From: Candidatus Epilinea brevis
GTDB lineage: Bacteria > Chloroflexota > Anaerolineae > Epilineales > Epilineaceae
DNA length: 64,000 nucleotides
Direction of reading: 5' to 3'
Assembly: GCA_016710785.1 (NCBI GenBank)
Contig: JADJUE010000006.1
Location: forward strand, 9,841-73,840
Position 1 is the first letter of the stretch. Each line of letters opens with the position of its first letter. This document shows, in pieces, positions 16,464 to 26,129 of the stretch. Below the pieces are notes generated by a model. That model searched no databases and had not been told where the DNA came from. It saw only the letters and a list, made by a program, of their open reading frames with translations. Both the position numbers and the translations under genes were made by a program.

Positions 16464-16859
16464 ATGACGAAGCGACGGATTCTCTGGATGTCCTTCCTCA
16501 TCGCGCTCGTGTTCACGGTCCTGGACGGGCTTGTCCACATCTTCTACGAGCCGCTCGAGATCTATGATTATCCCATCCATTTCTTCTGGATCCAGTCGCC
16601 GGTGATCAACTACGCGATCTCAAAGCTGCTGGCGTCGTCGGCCCTCCTCTTCATCATGTTCTACCTCTTTGCCAAGACGAGCTTGAGCAAGAACAAGCAA
16701 TACGTGTGGATCACGTTGATCCTCGTGGCGCTGCTGGAGATCCGGTACATCTTCAGCGGCGACTACACGACGACCTGGCATGTTCTCAACGTCATCAATC
16801 ACCTGGTGACCTTGGCTATTGGTATGGTCGTGGTGAAGCGATTCGGGTCCAGCGAATAG
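16464..16859 (+). CDS. Hypothetical small integral membrane protein (4 predicted TM helices) in a lower-GC patch
   Basis: Good RBS (GGAGGG, 7 nt spacing). Hydrophobic profile. Composition differs from the flanks. Confidence 0.55.
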   Translation: MTKRRILWMSFLIALVFTVLDGLVHIFYEPLEIYDYPIHFFWIQSPVINYAISKLLASSALLFIMFYLFAKTSLSKNKQYVWITLILVALLEIRYIFSGDYTTTWHVLNVINHLVTLAIGMVVVKRFGSSE

Positions 16860-16961
16860 CTGGCGGATGGTTCGATGATCGGTGCCTCGTCGTCGCTTGC
16901 ATCTCCTCCAGCAGCCACCTCGCCTAAGGTGTTTCTGCCGCGACTGGGGCGATAGCGACGA

Positions 16962-19945
16962 TCACTGCGCGCCAGCTCGCCCAAAGCGCGCCGTGAAGGT
17001 CGTGGCGGCCGCGTCGATGTTGGCGGTGAACTCGGGCTGCAGCGGATCAGCGATCGCGGCGTTGGGCGACCAGCCGGTGAAGGCAAATCCCGGCGCCGGC
17101 AGGGCGGTGACCGTCACCGGGTTCCCATCGAAGTAGATGCCCGTCCAGGGCATGCCGGCGGGGGTGACGGTGGAGATGCGCACGCGGCCCGCGCCGGGCG
17201 GCTCCACGCGCAAGGTGACGGCCACCGTCTTGGCGAAGCCGAAGTAGGCCAGGATGTGGGCTCGCTGGATGGCCGGCCGCTCGCGGTGGAAGCGCTTGAG
17301 GTCGGCCACCGCGCCCTGCCAGCGTTCCAGGTCGGGCGGGCAGTAGCTGCCGCCGCAGGCCTGGGCCCAGCGCAGGTGGTTGGCGCTGATCTCCGAGGCC
17401 ATGCGGCGGGCGTTGTCGTCGATGAGCGCGCCCATGTGGGCGGGGGTCCAGACGTCGTTCAGCAGGTCGGCGAAGCGGTTGACGAAGTCCCGCCGAAAGC
17501 CCTCGTTGCGCAGCAGGCCGTTGAACATGTCCGTGTAGACGTTGGGCTTGACCGGGCTGCGCAGGGCGAAGGCCAGGGAGTCGAAGTCGACCGCCGCCTC
17601 ACCGCCCGCGAGGGCCTGGGAGTAGGCGCAGTCCCAGAGCACGAAGCGCCAGCGGTTGTCGGCGGGCGGCCTGCCGCGGAAGGCCTGGATGTTGTTCAGC
17701 CACTGCGAGGAGTACCAGTCGCCGTTGGCGATGTAGATCTGGGTGGCCCAGTAGTCGACCCAGTTGTCCAGGTCGGCCCGCCGTCGGGCCTCGGCCATGT
17801 TCTCGGCCTGGCCGAGGTCCGCCGTACTCAGGAAGGTCGCCAGGTCGACGAAGTCCTGCTGGCTGCCGGCGTCGGCGAAAGTCGTGCCCACGTGGGTCTT
17901 GACGATGTCCACGTTGTCCGGATCGGCGCCGAAGTTGTCGCGTATGTAGTATTCGTTGAGCAGCTCCCGCGCGACGTAATGCCCCCAGTAGGCGCCGTTC
18001 ACGAACACCGCCACGTTCTGCGAGGCGGTGGCGGCGGCATGCGTGGGCAGGGCCATGCGGTTGGCGATGGTGTCGCGCATGCGGGCCGCCGTGGCGTCAT
18101 CGTCAGTGTTGCGCACCCGGAAACCGTGCAGCTTGCCCAAGGCGGGCTTGTCCTCGTTGAACAGCACATTCGGCACGTCGCCCTTCGCCCCGAAGTCGTC
18201 CTCGAAGCTGAACTGCAGCGACTTCTGGGCGAAAGCCTTCGAGAAGTTGCCGACCACCCGCAGCGCGGCCCGCTCGCTGAAGCGCTGCTGCCTGGCGGCG
18301 TCGAAGTAGGCTACCTCGCCCGGCACCTTGAGGCCCGACTCGAAGTTGTCGTAGATGGCTGGCCCGCCCCCCGCGCCATCGGCGAAGAGATCGCCCGGCG
18401 CGGCCACGACGCTGACCACCGGCAGCGCGGTCGGCTCGTCGATGAAATAGGCGGCCGTCACCACCTCGCTCGGCAGCTTGCCGGCTTCCAGGGCCAGGGC
18501 CCGCAGCACCTTGCTGCGCGTCAGGGCAATGGGCGTGCGGTAGCGGGTGGCGGAGGCGTCGGGCAGCCGGCCGTCCAGGGTGTAGCGCAGGTCGTCGCCC
18601 CCCAGGGCTACTGCCTGCCGGCCGGCGTAGAAGCCGGGCGCCAGGCCCAAGGTGGGGGCCTTGGCATAGCCGTCGTAGCAGGTGCCGCTGTTGGGCGCAC
18701 CGGGTGAAGGGCTGTCGCTCAGGCACCAGGCCTCGCCGATCCGGGCCAGCACATGCCCGCGTTGCAGCTCGGGGGGGATGGCCGCCGCGTCGGCCGCCAG
18801 GCCGCCAGGGGCCGTGAGCCGCAGGGTCTCGCCGACCTTGAGGCGGAAGTTGGCGTGCAGGGTGCCGGCAGCGGCGCCCGGCGGCCGGAACCAGGGCGGA
18901 TTGGGGTCGAACTGCGAGCCCGCGTCGGCCAGTCCGACATGGAGGAAGGGCCTGAGCGTGAGGTCGGACGAGTCGGCCCCGATGTTGTGGACCTCGATGG
19001 CCAGGACATTCCGCCCGTCCACGAGCAGCTCCGTCACCCGTCGGCGATCGACGGGAAAAGCCGGCGGCACCTGGTCCTGGTAGAGCACGGCCTCATGTTC
19101 GACAGCCAGCTCGTCCCAGGCCGGCGGCGTGCCGGCGAGGCCCTCGCGGGCGATCTCGACGCCGTTGAGGTAGGCCACGAAGCCGTCGTCGAAATCCATG
19201 TGCAGCAGCAGGTCGGTGACCTTGCCCTTATCGCGCACCGTGAACTCGCCGCGGGCGTAGACGCTGAGCGTGGCTTCGGGGACCTCCGACCGATCGTCGC
19301 CGTCGCCGTAGCCGATGCCGCCCGGCCCTTCCTCCCAGCCGGTGGCGTCGAAGCCCGGCTGGCGCCAATCCACCGGGATATCCGCCCGCCCCATGGTGAA
19401 GCGCCACCCGCTGCCATCCTGCACCGCCGTCTCCCAATGGTCCGTGGGCGCCCCCGCGCCGCCGTCCGGGCTCGCCGGCCGATCCTTGCCCGAGGCGAAG
19501 ACGACGCGCCGTTCGTCCGGGGCCAAGGTCACGGCCGGCAGGCGCCAGCGCTCCGGCTGCCGCGGATCGTCGCTGAGGGCGTAGCCGCTCAGGCCGAGGG
19601 CCGTGGCGCCTGTGTTGTGGATCTCGACCCAGTCCGACGCCTCGCCATCCTCGTCGAGGATCTCGCCACCGGTGGGCGCGATCTCCGACAGGCGCAGGGG
19701 GCCGGGCGGCGGCGTCGCGGGTGGGGCGGGCGCTGCCGTCGGGGAGCCGTCGGGGACTCAGGCGGCGGCGGATTCGTCGGTGGCGGTGGCGTGTCCCGCC
19801 CGGCGGCGCGTCCCAGCCAGGGCAGGTAGACCGCTTGGCCGCCGGCCTCGGCTTGCGCCGGCGCGGGCGGCAGGGTCCCAGGGCCGACGGCCAGCCCGAG
19901 CAGGGCGAGCAGAGGGGGCAGCCGGCGGCGGGTTGTCGGGGTCAA
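16962..19945 (-). pseudogene. CotH-family (spore-coat-protein-H-like kinase) secreted protein with lamin-tail-like and C-terminal beta-sandwich domains, disrupted by a frameshift from an 11-bp tandem duplication at 19735-19756 (alternatively a sequencing artefact)
   Basis: Body ORF 16962-19532 contains CotH signature blocks ('VFVNGAYWGHYVARELLNEYYIRDNFG', 'WVDYWATQIYIANGDWYS', 'RWRFVLWDCAYS'). Its frame stays open upstream to 19757 encoding a PT linker plus 'LRLSEIAPTGGEILDEDGEASDWVEIHN'. Upstream ORF 19589-19990 in a different frame encodes an RBS-preceded TTG start and Tat/Sec-like signal peptide 'TTRRRLPPLLALLGLAVG' plus 'AVYLPWLGR', then becomes Arg-rich nonsense. The junction is the perfect repeat GCCGTCGGGGA GCCGTCGGGGA. 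Confidence 0.6.
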
Positions 19946-20044
19946 GGAGCCTCCTGGGATGTCTCTGGATCGACGAGGGCGAAGGCGCACCTCAAGCCTC
20001 TCGGAGATCTTCTGCAGGTGACTGGGCTGAAGTGGCCTATTTCT

Positions 20045-20977
20045 TTATGGGGTTGCTTCAGGAGTTGGGTATACCCAGGTGGCACCAGGTGTTGGTCGAG
20101 ATCCTGGGCTCTCATTACAGAGGTTTGCTGCGTTTATCGGATACCGCTCAAGATACTGGGAGCCAAGCTCTGGTATTGCCTCGGCAGAAGCAAACACTTC
20201 CTCGATGGTCTTTCCATCTCCTGCCACAGGTAGCAGTGCGTCGAACTGCCCGGTCTCTTCAAAAGTCACTGCCATGTAGGTCGTACGCAACGGCACAGCA
20301 TCTTCCGTGGCGTCCTTCGGTGGAGATAACTTTCTAAGGTCGAAGCGTGAACGATGTGTGAGCTGCTCACTGTTCTCAAAGAGCACAAGCCACACTACAG
20401 GAGAGTTATCGTTCGACGGGTCGCCGGCAGGCTGCTCTTCTGCCCATCGATGCGCCACGGCCAATGATGTCCGTTTGACGACATTTCGAACCCACGAGGT
20501 CGTCCCGGTTAGCATCTTGGCATGCCAAATTGCTTCATCTGGAATGCACAGCATCCGTCTCCTCAATTGAGAGCGAAACTCCGACAGCTCATCGGGGTCT
20601 GGAATGGGAGTTTCCGGTGGCATATCAAAATACATCACTCGTGTGCCGATCGGGTTGACACCCATCGACCCTGGTGTAGATGTACCATTCGCTCCAGGGA
20701 TAAGGGGAGTTGCTGATGCGACAACTGACTGTCCAGGAACACTCGCTGAATCGTGCTGATTCAGGATAACCACTGCGGCAAGGCCAGCAACCAGACCGGC
20801 TACTGTGATAGCGAGCCAAATCGTGTCTTGGTGCGTCTTACGTGTCACTGGGAGCCTCCATGATGCTCTACAGGGTTGCAGCTCACGGGTAGACACTTTG
20901 CCCGTGGGTAGAGCAGGGGCCACCATGGCTCCATGGGCGTTTCGGGCATGGTGGTCCGCTTGGTGATGGCGGTGCAT
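20045..20977 (-). CDS. Hypothetical membrane-anchored protein (one TM helix) in a lower-GC patch
   Basis: ORF with hydrophobic segment 'IWLAITVAGLVAGLAAVVIL'. No recognisable domain. Atypical composition. Confidence 0.45.
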   Translation of the reverse strand: MHRHHQADHHARNAHGAMVAPALPTGKVSTRELQPCRASWRLPVTRKTHQDTIWLAITVAGLVAGLAAVVILNQHDSASVPGQSVVASATPLIPGANGTSTPGSMGVNPIGTRVMYFDMPPETPIPDPDELSEFRSQLRRRMLCIPDEAIWHAKMLTGTTSWVRNVVKRTSLAVAHRWAEEQPAGDPSNDNSPVVWLVLFENSEQLTHRSRFDLRKLSPPKDATEDAVPLRTTYMAVTFEETGQFDALLPVAGDGKTIEEVFASAEAIPELGSQYLERYPINAANLCNESPGSRPTPGATWVYPTPEATP

Positions 20978-20999
20978 GAACTGGCATGTGGTGGCTGCC

Positions 21000-21097
21000 G
21001 GGCAACGTCAAATGATAGGTGCCGAAGTTGCCGATCAGCGACTCGACGCCGATCTGATCGGCGAGCGAGCGATGGGGGAGAGGTGTCTACCTATGAG
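21000..21097 (-). repeat. Degenerate, truncated third copy (inverted orientation) of the ~125-nt 3' element, downstream of the minus-strand YfbK-like vWA gene
   Basis: Minus strand reads CTCATAGGTAGACACCTCTCC...GATCAGATCGGCGTCGAGTCGCTG, matching the first ~60 nt of copies 1 and 2. Confidence 0.45.
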
Positions 21098-21333
21098 GAC
21101 CAGTCCGATTGACGTGGTGGCTGGCTCTCCTTGGTCAGGATCACGAGATGGGGGATCTGCTATCACCACCGGGCAAGGATAGACCCGCCCCATGAGGCCA
21201 ACAACCGCTTTCCGTGACGGCACAACCGTCAGGGTGGTCTTCATCGACTGTCCTCGGGTAGGATGCGATACGGGGGCTCCTCAACTGCGATAATCGGAAG
21301 GGTATTGCGTCCCGCTTCCAGGATCTCGACGCA

Positions 21334-23373
21334 TCAGGGCGCGATTGCCGCGGCCTTGGCCGCCAGGTCTACCAAGGCCAGGAATCCCGCGCGGTGTCCG
21401 CCCGGATCCTCTCCCAGGGCGCTGGCCGCCAGGCTGCGCAGGTCGGCGAAGCTGGCGGCGCCGCGATGTGGTGAGCCGCGCAGCAACATGCCGAACTCCG
21501 CCACGGCGGCCGCGAAACGCAGGTTGTCCGAGGTGGCGGCAAAGGGCTGGACATCCAGTCCCAGCGCCACATTGAGACGCTTGCTCTCGGCGGCGTCCGG
21601 GAGCTTGTAGCGCAGCTTCACGGTGAGCAGTTCGCCTTCGAAGGCCGGATCGGCGCCGACGTAGCGTAGCGGATCGATGGCCGGCGTCGGGCTGGCCGAG
21701 CCGGACGGGGTGGGTGTAGCGCTGGCCTGCTCGAGCGGCGTCAGGGTGGGCGGAAGCTGCGGCGTGGCCAGGGCCGTGGGAACCGCCCGGCCCGCCGGCA
21801 CCAGCTCGTAGAGCGCGCTGATGCGATGACCCGCGCCGATCTCGCCCCCGTCCTTGCTGTCGTCGTTGAAATCGGCGGCCGCGAGCAGGCGGTTCTCATA
21901 GCCCAGCAGCCGATAGCCGGCCACCTTGCTGGGGTTGAACTCCAATTGCAGCTTGACGTCCTTGGCCACTGTCACCAGGGTGCCCCCGATCTCTTCGACG
22001 AGGACCTTGCGCGCTTCGGCCATGCTGTCGATGTAGGCGTAATGGCCGTTGCCCCGATCGGCCAGGCGCTCCAAGGTCTCGTCCTTGAGGTTCCCCATGC
22101 CGAAGCCGAGTACCGTCAGGAAGACACCGCTCTTGGCCTTGTCGCGGATCAGGGTCTCCAGGTTTGCCGGATCGGTGACGCCCACGTTGAAGTCGCCGTC
22201 GGTGGCCAGGATGACCCGGTTGGCGCCGCCGGGGATGAAGCTGGCCAATGCCGTCTCGTAGGCCAGGGCGATGCCCTCGCTGCCATGGGTGCTGCCGCCC
22301 GCTTCCAGTTGGTCGATGGCCGCCAGGATCCGCGGTCGCTCCAGGCCGGACACCGAAGGCAGGACTAGGCCCGAGCTGCCGGCGTACACCACCATCGCCA
22401 CACGGTCGGCCTCGCCGAGCTGCTCGGTCAGCAGCCGCAGGGCCTGCTTGACCAAGGGCAGCTTGTTGGCATCCTGCATCGATCCGGAGACATCGATGAG
22501 GAAGACGAGGTTGGAGAGCGGACGGTGGTCGAAGGCAATGGGCGCCGTCGTCAGGTTCACCCGCAGCAGGCGATGCTCCGGCTGCCAGGGCGCGTCGCTG
22601 AGCTCTAGGTTCACGCAGGGCGCCGCCTCCGGCAGGGGGTCCTGGTAGGGGAAGTAGTTGATCAGCTCCTCGATCCTGACGGCATCGATCGGCGGCCGCT
22701 GTCCGGCGGTCAGGAAGCGGCGGACGTTGCTGTACGACGCGCTGTCGACGTCGATGGCGAAGGTCGACAGCGGCGCGTCGGCGACCGCCTGGAAGGGGTT
22801 GTCCCAGAGCGAGCCGTAGGCCTCTTCTGCGCCCGTGTCGGTGGCCGCCGCCTGGGCCAGGCCGCCCGTCGCCGGCAGGTGGGGGGCGATCTGCAAGGGC
22901 ATGACCGGCGCCCCGGCATTGGCGTAGCGGGCCGGTGGCAGCAGCGGCTCCGGCGGAGCGCCGCCGCCGGTGCGCGGCGGCTGGGCCGCGGGCGTCGGAT
23001 GGAGGCCGGCCGCCGCCCGGCCTCCGCCTGCAGGACGGGGGACGGGGCTGCTGTTGACCTGCTTCCAGAGGGCGGTCGCCGTAATGCCCGCTTCCGGGCG
23101 CGGCGCGGTGGAGGTCTTGGTGGACGTGCTGCTGGGCGCCGCGGAGGGCGTGTCGACGGAGGGCGTGTCGACGGAGGGCGTGCCGGCGGGGGGCGTGCCG
23201 GCGGGGGGCGCCGTCGGCACGTTCCGCGAGGCGCAGGCATTGAGGCCCAAGGACAGCAGCAGCCCCGACGCGGTGATCAGCCAAGGTCGCGGTCGCGGCA
23301 GGGACGGGCGGGGCGAAGTCGATGGCCGCGGAAGGGCCTGGGGTGCGGCGACGCATGCGGGCGAGGGAATCAT
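21334..23373 (-). CDS. YfbK-like vWA-domain lipoprotein (vWA followed by DUF3520-type C-terminal domain)
   Basis: 'LSLGLNAC' lipobox. 'NLVFLIDVSGSMQDANKLPLVKQAL...ILATDGDFNVG' is vWA with MIDAS. 'LQLEFNPSKVAGYRLLGYENR' region typical of YfbK-family proteins. Confidence 0.8.
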   Translation of the reverse strand: MIPSPACVAAPQALPRPSTSPRPSLPRPRPWLITASGLLLSLGLNACASRNVPTAPPAGTPPAGTPSVDTPSVDTPSAAPSSTSTKTSTAPRPEAGITATALWKQVNSSPVPRPAGGGRAAAGLHPTPAAQPPRTGGGAPPEPLLPPARYANAGAPVMPLQIAPHLPATGGLAQAAATDTGAEEAYGSLWDNPFQAVADAPLSTFAIDVDSASYSNVRRFLTAGQRPPIDAVRIEELINYFPYQDPLPEAAPCVNLELSDAPWQPEHRLLRVNLTTAPIAFDHRPLSNLVFLIDVSGSMQDANKLPLVKQALRLLTEQLGEADRVAMVVYAGSSGLVLPSVSGLERPRILAAIDQLEAGGSTHGSEGIALAYETALASFIPGGANRVILATDGDFNVGVTDPANLETLIRDKAKSGVFLTVLGFGMGNLKDETLERLADRGNGHYAYIDSMAEARKVLVEEIGGTLVTVAKDVKLQLEFNPSKVAGYRLLGYENRLLAAADFNDDSKDGGEIGAGHRISALYELVPAGRAVPTALATPQLPPTLTPLEQASATPTPSGSASPTPAIDPLRYVGADPAFEGELLTVKLRYKLPDAAESKRLNVALGLDVQPFAATSDNLRFAAAVAEFGMLLRGSPHRGAASFADLRSLAASALGEDPGGHRAGFLALVDLAAKAAAIAP

Positions 23374-23511
23374 CGTACTTGCTCCTCTACGGGATCAGGC
23401 CGGTGACACGCGTCCCCCTTCGGGATGGCTGTCGGGCAATTACAGCAAGAAGCGTGCCGTTCTACAGGCGCGGTCACGGCGGGCGCACTCGCAGCACCGG
23501 CCGCTCTCGGC

Positions 23512-24417
23512 TCAGGCCCGGCAACCGCAGCTCCCGCCGGACCTCGCGGCCGGGCCGGTCGCGGGATCCGCGATCCTATCCGCCCCCGCACCGCAGCAAC
23601 CCGCCTTCGCCTCCGGCGCGCAGCAGTCGGCCTGCGCGGCGGGCTCGCAGCAGGACGCCGGCTTGGCCGCGCGGATGATGGCCGCGCCCGCATGCTCGTG
23701 GACGCGGTGCGTCTCCGTGATCGACACGCCGACGAATCCGGCGTCCGCGAGCGCTTGCTCGAACTGGCGGCGGGTCAAGGCGCCGGCGATGCAGCCGGTC
23801 CACTGCTGCATGTCCGCGCGGGTCGCGTCGTCCATGTGCTCGTCGGCGATCACGTCGCTGACCGCCAGCCGCCCGCCGGGCCGCAGCACCCGCGCCGCTT
23901 CGGCGAAGACGCGCGGCTTGTCGGCCGAGAGGTTGATCACGCAGTTGGAGATCACCACGTCCACCGAGCGGTCGGCCAAGGGGATCTGCTCGATGTAGCC
24001 CTTGTGGAAGGCAACGTTGTCCAGCCCGGCCGTCGCGGCGTTGGCGCGGGCCAGGCCCAGCATCTCGTCGGTCATGTCCAGGCCGATGGCCCGACCGGTG
24101 GGCCCCACGCGGCGGGCGGCGATCAGCACGTCGCCGCCGGCGCCCGAGCCCAGGTCCAGCACCACCTCGCCCAAGTGCAGCTCGGCGACCGCCGTCGGCA
24201 CGCCGCAGCCCAGCGAGGCGGCGAGCGCCGGCTCGTCCTCGCCGGCGTAGAGCGAGGCGCCGAACACCTCCACGCCGTCCCGGTCGGTGGTCAGGCCCGG
24301 CGCGCAGCAGCTGCCGGAGCCCGCGTCCATGTTCCCGCAGCCGCTCGCGGACGTGGCCGCATCCGCGTAGCGCCGGCGCACCTGCTCGCGCACGGTGTCG
24401 ACTTCGTCGAAAACCAT
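23512..24417 (-). CDS. arsM: Arsenite S-adenosylmethionine methyltransferase with Cys-rich C-terminal tail
   Basis: 'VLDLGSGAGGDVLIAARRVGPTGRAIGLDMTDEML' SAM-binding motif. Conserved Cys pairs ('SGCGNMDAGSGSCCAP', 'CVINL'). C-terminal 'CCEPAAQADCCAPEAKAGCCGAG'. ATG 24417 overlaps the arsR stop (TGATG). Confidence 0.85.
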   Translation of the reverse strand: MVFDEVDTVREQVRRRYADAATSASGCGNMDAGSGSCCAPGLTTDRDGVEVFGASLYAGEDEPALAASLGCGVPTAVAELHLGEVVLDLGSGAGGDVLIAARRVGPTGRAIGLDMTDEMLGLARANAATAGLDNVAFHKGYIEQIPLADRSVDVVISNCVINLSADKPRVFAEAARVLRPGGRLAVSDVIADEHMDDATRADMQQWTGCIAGALTRRQFEQALADAGFVGVSITETHRVHEHAGAAIIRAAKPASCCEPAAQADCCAPEAKAGCCGAGADRIADPATGPAARSGGSCGCRA

Positions 24418-24746
24418 CAACTCAGCCACTTTGCCAATACCTCCATGCGTTCGGAAACCAGGCTGTAATAGGCCCATTGCTGTCGCCGTTCGACGGTGAC
24501 CAGCCCCGCTTCGCGCAGCCGCTTGAGGTGATGCGACAAGGTCGGCTGCGTGATGTCGAAGCGCGGTTGCAGATCGCAGACGCAGACCGCGGCGCCCTGC
24601 GCCCGCAGCAGGTCCACGATCTGCAGCCGCACCGGATCGGCCAAGGCCTTGGCGATGGCCACCAGGTCCGTGGCATTCGCGATGGCCGCGGACGGCCGCA
24701 GGGGGGCACAGCAGGTTGCATCGCTTGCCAGCAATGGATCATTCAT
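24417..24746 (-). CDS. arsR: ArsR/SmtB-family metalloregulator
   Basis: 'LADPVRLQIVDLLRAQGAAVCVCDLQPRFDITQPTLSHHLKRLREAGLV' is a winged HTH with the ELCVCDL-type metal site. Start at MNDPLL (ATG 24746) chosen. Confidence 0.8.
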   Translation of the reverse strand: MNDPLLASDATCCAPLRPSAAIANATDLVAIAKALADPVRLQIVDLLRAQGAAVCVCDLQPRFDITQPTLSHHLKRLREAGLVTVERRQQWAYYSLVSERMEVLAKWLS

Positions 24747-24980
24747 GAACGTCAATATAGATCGGTATCGATGTAGGGGCAAACTCGGGCGTGGCGGGCG
24801 AACGGATGGGCCTCGGACGCGGATGCCCGTCAGGGTGTGGTCGGCGCGTGACATCTCAGTCGGAGGACGCTCGCTCCGGGAAGTCGGCGGTAGCCAGCAG
24901 CCGCCGGCCCCGGGCTACGGCAACACCGAGTCCGGGGCCGGCTTCGTTCGACCGACGCAAGCCGCTGTGCGCGTTCGACC

Positions 24981-25424
24981 TCAGGTTTCCGCCGCGGCGG
25001 GCGGGCCTTCCTCTACCGTGGACTTCTTCAGGAAGAAGCCCACCAGCACCGCCGTGAGCATGGGGAAGAACCAGGCGGCGAAGCTCAGGCCCAGTCCCAA
25101 CCCGGCCCCCAGCACTGTTCCCACCGCTTCGGCGTCCGATTGGACCTCCGACATCTGGTCGCCCGCCGTCCCCAGGACGAAGAAGGTGATCAAAGCCATG
25201 AAGGCCGTCCAGCTGAGGGCGAAGTTCTTGAGCAGGTTCCACGCTGCGCCGCCCTCGCGGCGCTCGCCGGCCAACAGCGGGCGGCGCGCCAGCCAGAGCG
25301 GCAGGGTGATGACCCAGAGCAGCAGTGCCGCGAGGGACCAGAGCGCCCAGCGGCCGCCGCGCCGGCGGGCGTCGCGGGCCACCCAGGCGGCAATCAGGAG
25401 CGACAGCAGGGCGCCGATGTTCAT
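24981..25424 (-). CDS. Hypothetical integral membrane protein (147 aa)
   Basis: ATG start, several hydrophobic helices. No domain recognised. Confidence 0.5.
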   Translation of the reverse strand: MNIGALLSLLIAAWVARDARRRGGRWALWSLAALLLWVITLPLWLARRPLLAGERREGGAAWNLLKNFALSWTAFMALITFFVLGTAGDQMSEVQSDAEAVGTVLGAGLGLGLSFAAWFFPMLTAVLVGFFLKKSTVEEGPPAAAET

Positions 25425-25458
25425 CGTGCGATCCTTTCGTCCATCGACTCGCCCGGCC

Positions 25459-25980
25459 CTACTGGCCGGCCTCCCAGGTCACCCGCGTGTCGCCGAGCAG
25501 CTTCGGGGTGTAGTGGATCCGCACCCCCGATCCCAGGCCCGACCAGGCCACATGGCCGCGCAGCTTGTCGCCGGCCAGCACCGTGCCGTCCAGGCCGCCG
25601 GTGTCGCTGTCGAAGAGCAGGGCGGTCTGGCCCTTGTTGCCGGCATCGTCCTTGGCCTCGAAGCTCATCAGGCTCGAGACCGTCAGATCCTTGCCGCTCG
25701 TGTTCTCGACGACGAAGACCGCCACCAGGTTGTTCTCCTCGTCCCGCGTGACGCTCTCCAGCGTGATCTGGTGATCGGCCAGCGCCACCGCATCGCCCAC
25801 CTGGAAGCGTTCAGCTTCCGCCGCCGTCGGTTGGGCCGCGCCCTCGACCGTCGCCGCGGCGACCGCCTCGGCTCCCGGCTCCACCTTGCGCGGTGCGTCC
25901 ACCGCGCCGCTCTCGCCACAGGCCATCGTGGTCAGCCCCAGCATCCCGATGCCCAAGGCCAACTTGAACCCTCGCATCAT
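25459..25980 (-). CDS. Lipoprotein, DUF4352-like (Ig-like) domain
   Basis: 'MLGLTTMACG' lipobox. 'NNLVAVFVVENTSGKDLTVSSLMSFEAKDDAGN' pattern resembles DUF4352 lipoproteins. Confidence 0.55.
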   Translation of the reverse strand: MMRGFKLALGIGMLGLTTMACGESGAVDAPRKVEPGAEAVAAATVEGAAQPTAAEAERFQVGDAVALADHQITLESVTRDEENNLVAVFVVENTSGKDLTVSSLMSFEAKDDAGNKGQTALLFDSDTGGLDGTVLAGDKLRGHVAWSGLGSGVRIHYTPKLLGDTRVTWEAGQ

Positions 25981-26129
25981 CGACCTCCCCCTGAAACTGC
26001 CGGGCCGGATCGCCCGGTCAGGGACTCAGGGTAGGGGGGCGTTGTTGCGGAATCGGCAACAGTTGGCGCGGGGATGCGGCGCGGGTCTGGGACGCGTGAC
26101 TCGCGTTGCGAATCAGGCCTCCCGGTCGC

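Noticed and set aside
17256-18707. 483-aa ORF on plus strand antisense to the CotH gene
   Set aside because: Low-complexity Gly/Val/Ala/Arg-rich. The opposite strand carries unmistakable CotH blocks.
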